Of a stretch of 64,000 nucleotides of DNA, positions 60,206 to 64,000 are shown in pieces. Source of the stretch: Bryobacteraceae bacterium (GTDB lineage Bacteria > Acidobacteriota > Terriglobia > Bryobacterales > Bryobacteraceae). The DNA is taken from positions 18,728-82,727 of the forward strand of contig CAVQOO010000068.1 in the NCBI GenBank assembly GCA_963714395.1, read 5' to 3'. The first letter of the stretch is position 1. Every line of letters begins with the position of its first letter. Under the pieces are notes generated by a model. It was not told where the DNA came from and made no database searches. It saw only the letters and a list, made by a program, of their open reading frames with translations. The position numbers were made by a program, and so were the translations under genes.

Positions 60206-61764
60206 TTACTTCGGGGCGGCGGCCGGACCGGCGCCGCGATTCGCCAGCTTGTTCAGGCCGTCGATATAGGCCTTGACGCTGGCTTCGATGATGTCGGTGG
60301 ATGCGCCGCGGCCCATGACGCGGACGCCCGGAACCTCCAGTTGCACGGTCACTTCGCCCATCGCTTCCGTGCCGCTGGTCACCGCTCGAATCTCGTACCT
60401 GCCGAGTTTCGCTGAGCTGCCCGTCAATTGTGAGATTGCCTTGTAGACGGCATCCACCGGGCCGTCGCCGATGGCGGCGCCTTCCTTCACCTCATCGTTC
60501 ACGCGCAGCCGGACGGTGGCCGTCGGTATCGCCGCTGTGCCGCTGTAGATGTGCAGGTAGTCGAGCTTGTAGGTCTCCGCATCGGCGTGCAGTTCATCGC
60601 GCAGGATGGCGACCAGGTCTTCGTCGAAGACCTCCTGCTTCTTGTCCGCCACAACCAGGAATCGCTGGTAGGTCTGGTCAAGTTCCTCCGGCGAAATCGC
60701 GTAGCCCAGCTTTTCCAGACGGTCCCGCAGGCCGGCGCGGCCGGTACGAGCGGTGAGCACCACGCGGCTCTCCGCGGCGCCGACGTCTTCGGGCCGCATG
60801 ATCTCGTAGGTCTCACGGTTCTTCAGGAAGCCGTCGACGTGAATGCCGGAGCTGTGCGAGAACGCGTTGCCGCCGACTACGGCTTTGTTGGCCGGGACAA
60901 CCATGCCGAGCATCTCCGAGACCAGCCGGCTGGTACGGATGAACTCCGTCGTCTCGATGCCGGTCTGAAGCCCGAAGTAGTCGCCGCGCGTGCGGATGGC
61001 CATCACGACCTCTTCCAGCGCCGCGTTGCCGGCTCGCTCGCCGATGCCGTTGATGGTGCCTTCCACCTGCCGCGCGCCGTTGCGAACGCCGGCCAGCGAG
61101 TTGGCCACCGCCAGGCCCAGGTCGTTGTGGCAGTGAACGCTGATGGTGGCCTTCTCGATGTTGGGCACGTTGTCGCGGATGGAAGCGATCAGCGCGCCGT
61201 ACTGCTCGGGCATCGCGTAGCCGGTCGTATCGGGAATATTGACCACCGTGGCCCCGGCGTCGATGGCCGCCTGCAGCATCTCGAAGAGGTAGGCCGGATC
61301 GGAGCGGCCGGCGTCTTCGGCGTAGAACTCCACGTCGTCGGCGAACTGCCGCGCCAGCTTCACCGCGTCTGCCGCCATCTGGACGAGGCGGACCTTCTTC
61401 TCGCCCAGGGTCTTGCCGTACTTGTCGTCGCCGAACTTGCCGATGATGTGGATGTCGGACACGCCGATGCCGGTGTGGATCCGCGGCCGCTGTGCCTTTG
61501 CCAGCGCCTTGCCGCAGGCCTCGATGTCGGAGGCCACGGCGCGGGAAAGGGCGCAGATCGCGGGGCCTTCGATCTCCTGGCCGAGCAGTTGCACCGCCTC
61601 GAAATCCTCGGGCGACGATGCGGGTATCCCGCTTCGATGACGTCCACTTTGAGGCGGGCCAACTGCCGGGCGATGGTCAGCTTCTCGCGCCTGCCCAGCC
61701 GGGTCCCGGCCGCCTGCTCGCCGTCTCTCAAGGTGGTGTCGAAAATGAAAACTCTATCGGACAT
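60206..61764 (-). CDS. 2-isopropylmalate synthase / citramalate synthase family protein (LeuA/CimA-like), with a frameshift near 61600
   Basis: N-terminal [20 protein letters not shown] (ORF 61360..61764) continues in another frame as ...[12 protein letters not shown]...[20 protein letters not shown]...[17 protein letters not shown]... (ORF 60206..61594). A regulatory C-terminal domain is present. Confidence 0.75.
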
Positions 61765-61818
61765 CGGGTTACACCAGTGCCCTTGAGTGTAATACCCGGC
61801 CCCCGGCCCTCGCGCAGT

Positions 61819-62815
61819 CTAGCCCAGGACTTCGGGATTCACGGGGTTTGCCGGCCGCTCATCCGACAGGAAGGCCGCGGCATTCTCCGCGGCCATCATC
61901 GACATGCGCTTGCGCGTCGCGATGGAAGCTGACGCGATGTGCGGGGCGACGACGACGTTGGGCAGGCTCAGGAGTTTCGCTTCCACCCCCGGCTCGCGCT
62001 CAAAGACGTCGAGGCCCGCCGACCAGATGCGGCCCTGCTCCAATGCGTCTGCCAGTGCGCGTTCATCGACGACGGGGCCGCGAGCGGTGTTGATGAGAAC
62101 CGACGTGGGCTTCATGATGGCCAGCTCGGCGGGGCCGATGAGGTGTTTTGTTTCCGGCAAAAGCGGAACGTGGAGCGTGACGAAGTCGGCCTGACGCAGC
62201 AGTTCCTCCTTCGACACGAACGTAACCGCAAGTTCGCCCTCGACGTTCTCAGGCAGACGGGTCGCATCGTGGTAGAGGATCCTCATTCCGAAGCCACGAC
62301 CCCGGCGCGCCACAGCCTGCCCGATGCGCCCCATGCCGAAGATGCCGAGCGTGGCGCCATGGACATCCTGGCCCGGCGAGAAGATCGATGAGCCATGTTT
62401 TCCATCTGCCTTCGTGCACAAAAGCGTGCGCTTCCGGAATGCGCCTGGCGGCGGCCATCAGCAGCGCCCAGGCGAAGTCCGCCGTAGTTTCCGTGAGGAC
62501 GCCGGGCGTATTGGTGACCAACAGCCCGCGCCGCGTCGCGGCTGGCACATCGATGTTGTCGTAGCCCACGGCCACCTGGGCAAGAACTTTCACTGAGCTG
62601 TCCAGTTGCTCAATCACGTCCGCGCTGAGCTTGTCGGTCAACTGCGAAACCACTGCGGCACAGCCCTTGGAGCGCGACAGCAGGCCGGCAGTGTCGAGCC
62701 CGGTGTCAGTGGATTCATAGTCCACCTCGAACCGCGACTGCAGAAAGTCCACCGCCTCCGGGTAGACGCGCTTGGTTATCAGAATCCGCTGGGCTGCCAT
62801 ATCAATTTCCGCCAC
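61819..62815 (-). CDS. D-isomer-specific 2-hydroxyacid dehydrogenase, with a frameshift near 62400
   Basis: ORF 62249..62815 (substrate-binding domain) continues as ORF 61819..62421 with GIFGMGRIGQAVARRG (NAD Rossmann) and ...NTARGPVVDERALADAL...LDVFEREP...PNVVVAPHIASAS. Confidence 0.7.
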
Positions 62816-62869
62816 GATTGTCGCACGGTGATTGTGGCCCGTGGGCGCGGCCTCCTACAATTGAATGCT

Positions 62870-63776
62870 ATGGCACAACTCGGCTTTCTTGGTCTCGGCA
62901 TTATGGGCTACCCGATGGCCCGGCATCTCCTCCGCGCCGGCCACTCCGTCGCGCTCTGGTCCAACACCTCTTCCAAGGCCAGGCAACTGGCGGAAGAGGA
63001 GAAGGGTACCTTCTGCGAAACCCCCAGGGAGGTCGCGGAGAAAGCCGACGTCATCTTCCTCTGCGTCGGCGACACCGACATGAGTGCCCGGGTGACGCTC
63101 GGCGAGGGCGGGCTCATCGAGGGCGTTCGTCCCGGCTCGGTCATTGCCGATTGCTCAACTATCTCCCCCTCCTACGCCCGGCGCGCGGCCGAAACCCTCA
63201 AAGTGAAGGGCGTTGACTTCCTCGATGCGCCCTGCACCGGATCCAAGCCCGGGGCGGAGGGCGGCACCCTCACCTTCATGATCGGCGGCGACGAGGCGGT
63301 CTATGAAAAAGTGAAGCCATTCTTCGAAATCATGGGAAAGCGCCTCTATTACTGTGGTGGCACCGGCCTTGGTCTGCACGCCAAGCTGACGCAGAATCTT
63401 ATTCTTTCCAATATCTTACAGGCATTCAACGAGGGCATGGTGCTGTCCACCAGCGCAGGGGTGGATCCCGAACTGATGCTGGACATCCTCGACAACAGCG
63501 CCGCCAAGAGCGGACTGATCGCTTTTAAGGCTCCCTACGTCTTCCGCCGGGACTTTTCTACCAATTTTTCAGTGAGATGGATGCACAAGGACATTGGGCT
63601 GATTCTGGAATCAGGCGAATGAACTAGAAGTTCCCCTGCCGTTGACCGCTGTGACCGCAGCAACTCTTTCAGACGGCAATTTCTCAAGGGCTCACAGATG
63701 AGGATATGTGCTCTACTATCAAGGTTTTAGAGAAGATGACGGGGGTAGAGGTCAAGTCGATATCCAAAAAATCATA
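62870..63776 (+). CDS. 3-hydroxyisobutyrate dehydrogenase-like NAD-binding dehydrogenase, with two frameshifts near the 3' end
   Basis: MAQLGFLGLGIMGYPMARHLLRAGHSVALWS... is intact to 63622. The family-typical C-terminus (...NELEVPLPLTAVTAAT...FQTAISQGLTDEDMCSTIKVLEKMTGV...) then continues in two shifted frames to a TAA near 63776. Confidence 0.7.
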
Positions 63777-64000
63777 AAAAACTCTTGCAATCCATGGAAT
63801 CAGTATCTTACTATTGGAATCAAGCCGGGGAGGCAACTCCCACCAAAGCGAGACTAACCTCAAAAGACCCCTGAAGCATTCCTCCCCGGCGCCTTCGGGT
63901 CTCTCGCAAAAATCAAACAAAGCCGATAGAAGAAGAAACGGGTCGCATCATGCGCGCATCGGTCAATAGCCCGCGTGTTCGCGCCGCAATGATAGGATGG

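Overview
This is a GC-rich bacterial chromosomal window. The PEP-CTERM sorting protein, the CarbopepD_reg-type TonB-dependent receptor, giant SBBP/Ig-repeat surface proteins and abundant Tat signals suggest an Acidobacteria (Solibacter-like) source; that is inference, not a database result. Most of the window is ordinary, densely packed housekeeping, transport and signalling genes. These include RidA, a DUF362 protein, a beta-carbonic anhydrase plus SulP transporter plus two tandem UspA genes, selA, a PIG-L deacetylase, a Gfo/Idh/MocA oxidoreductase, a ThuA-like protein, GTP-PEPCK, a LeuA/CimA-like gene, two dehydrogenases, a 4.6-kb hybrid histidine kinase with two flanking response regulators, and two tRNAs (Ala-GGC on the + strand, Asp-GTC on the - strand). 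The most interesting locus lies at about 31.1-39.8 kb. A tightly coupled co-directional cassette encodes recognisable type III (Csm-like) CRISPR-Cas effector subunits. They are a Cas10-like large subunit with no HD domain and degenerate GGDD motifs, a Cas11-like small subunit with a long low-complexity N-terminus, a Cas7/Csm3, a Cas5/Csm4 and a Cas7/Csm5. The Csm3 and Csm5 proteins carry the RAMP G-rich loops and the Csm3 catalytic-loop Asp. The cassette is preceded at a 30-bp gap by a flotillin/SPFH gene and followed by an ExeA/GspA-like AAA+ ATPase. Downstream sits a 45/46-bp perfect tandem repeat that is not a CRISPR array. No Cas6, Cas1/Cas2 or CRISPR array is visible in the window. Upstream on the opposite strand sits a Zn-ribbon Ser/Thr kinase with TPR repeats paired with an FHA-GAF-PP2C phosphatase. 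Many genes in several sub-regions carry clustered single-nucleotide frameshifts, whereas several multi-kb ORFs (one of 5.2 kb) are intact. This points to assembly indel errors or local pseudogenisation and affects every boundary call below.
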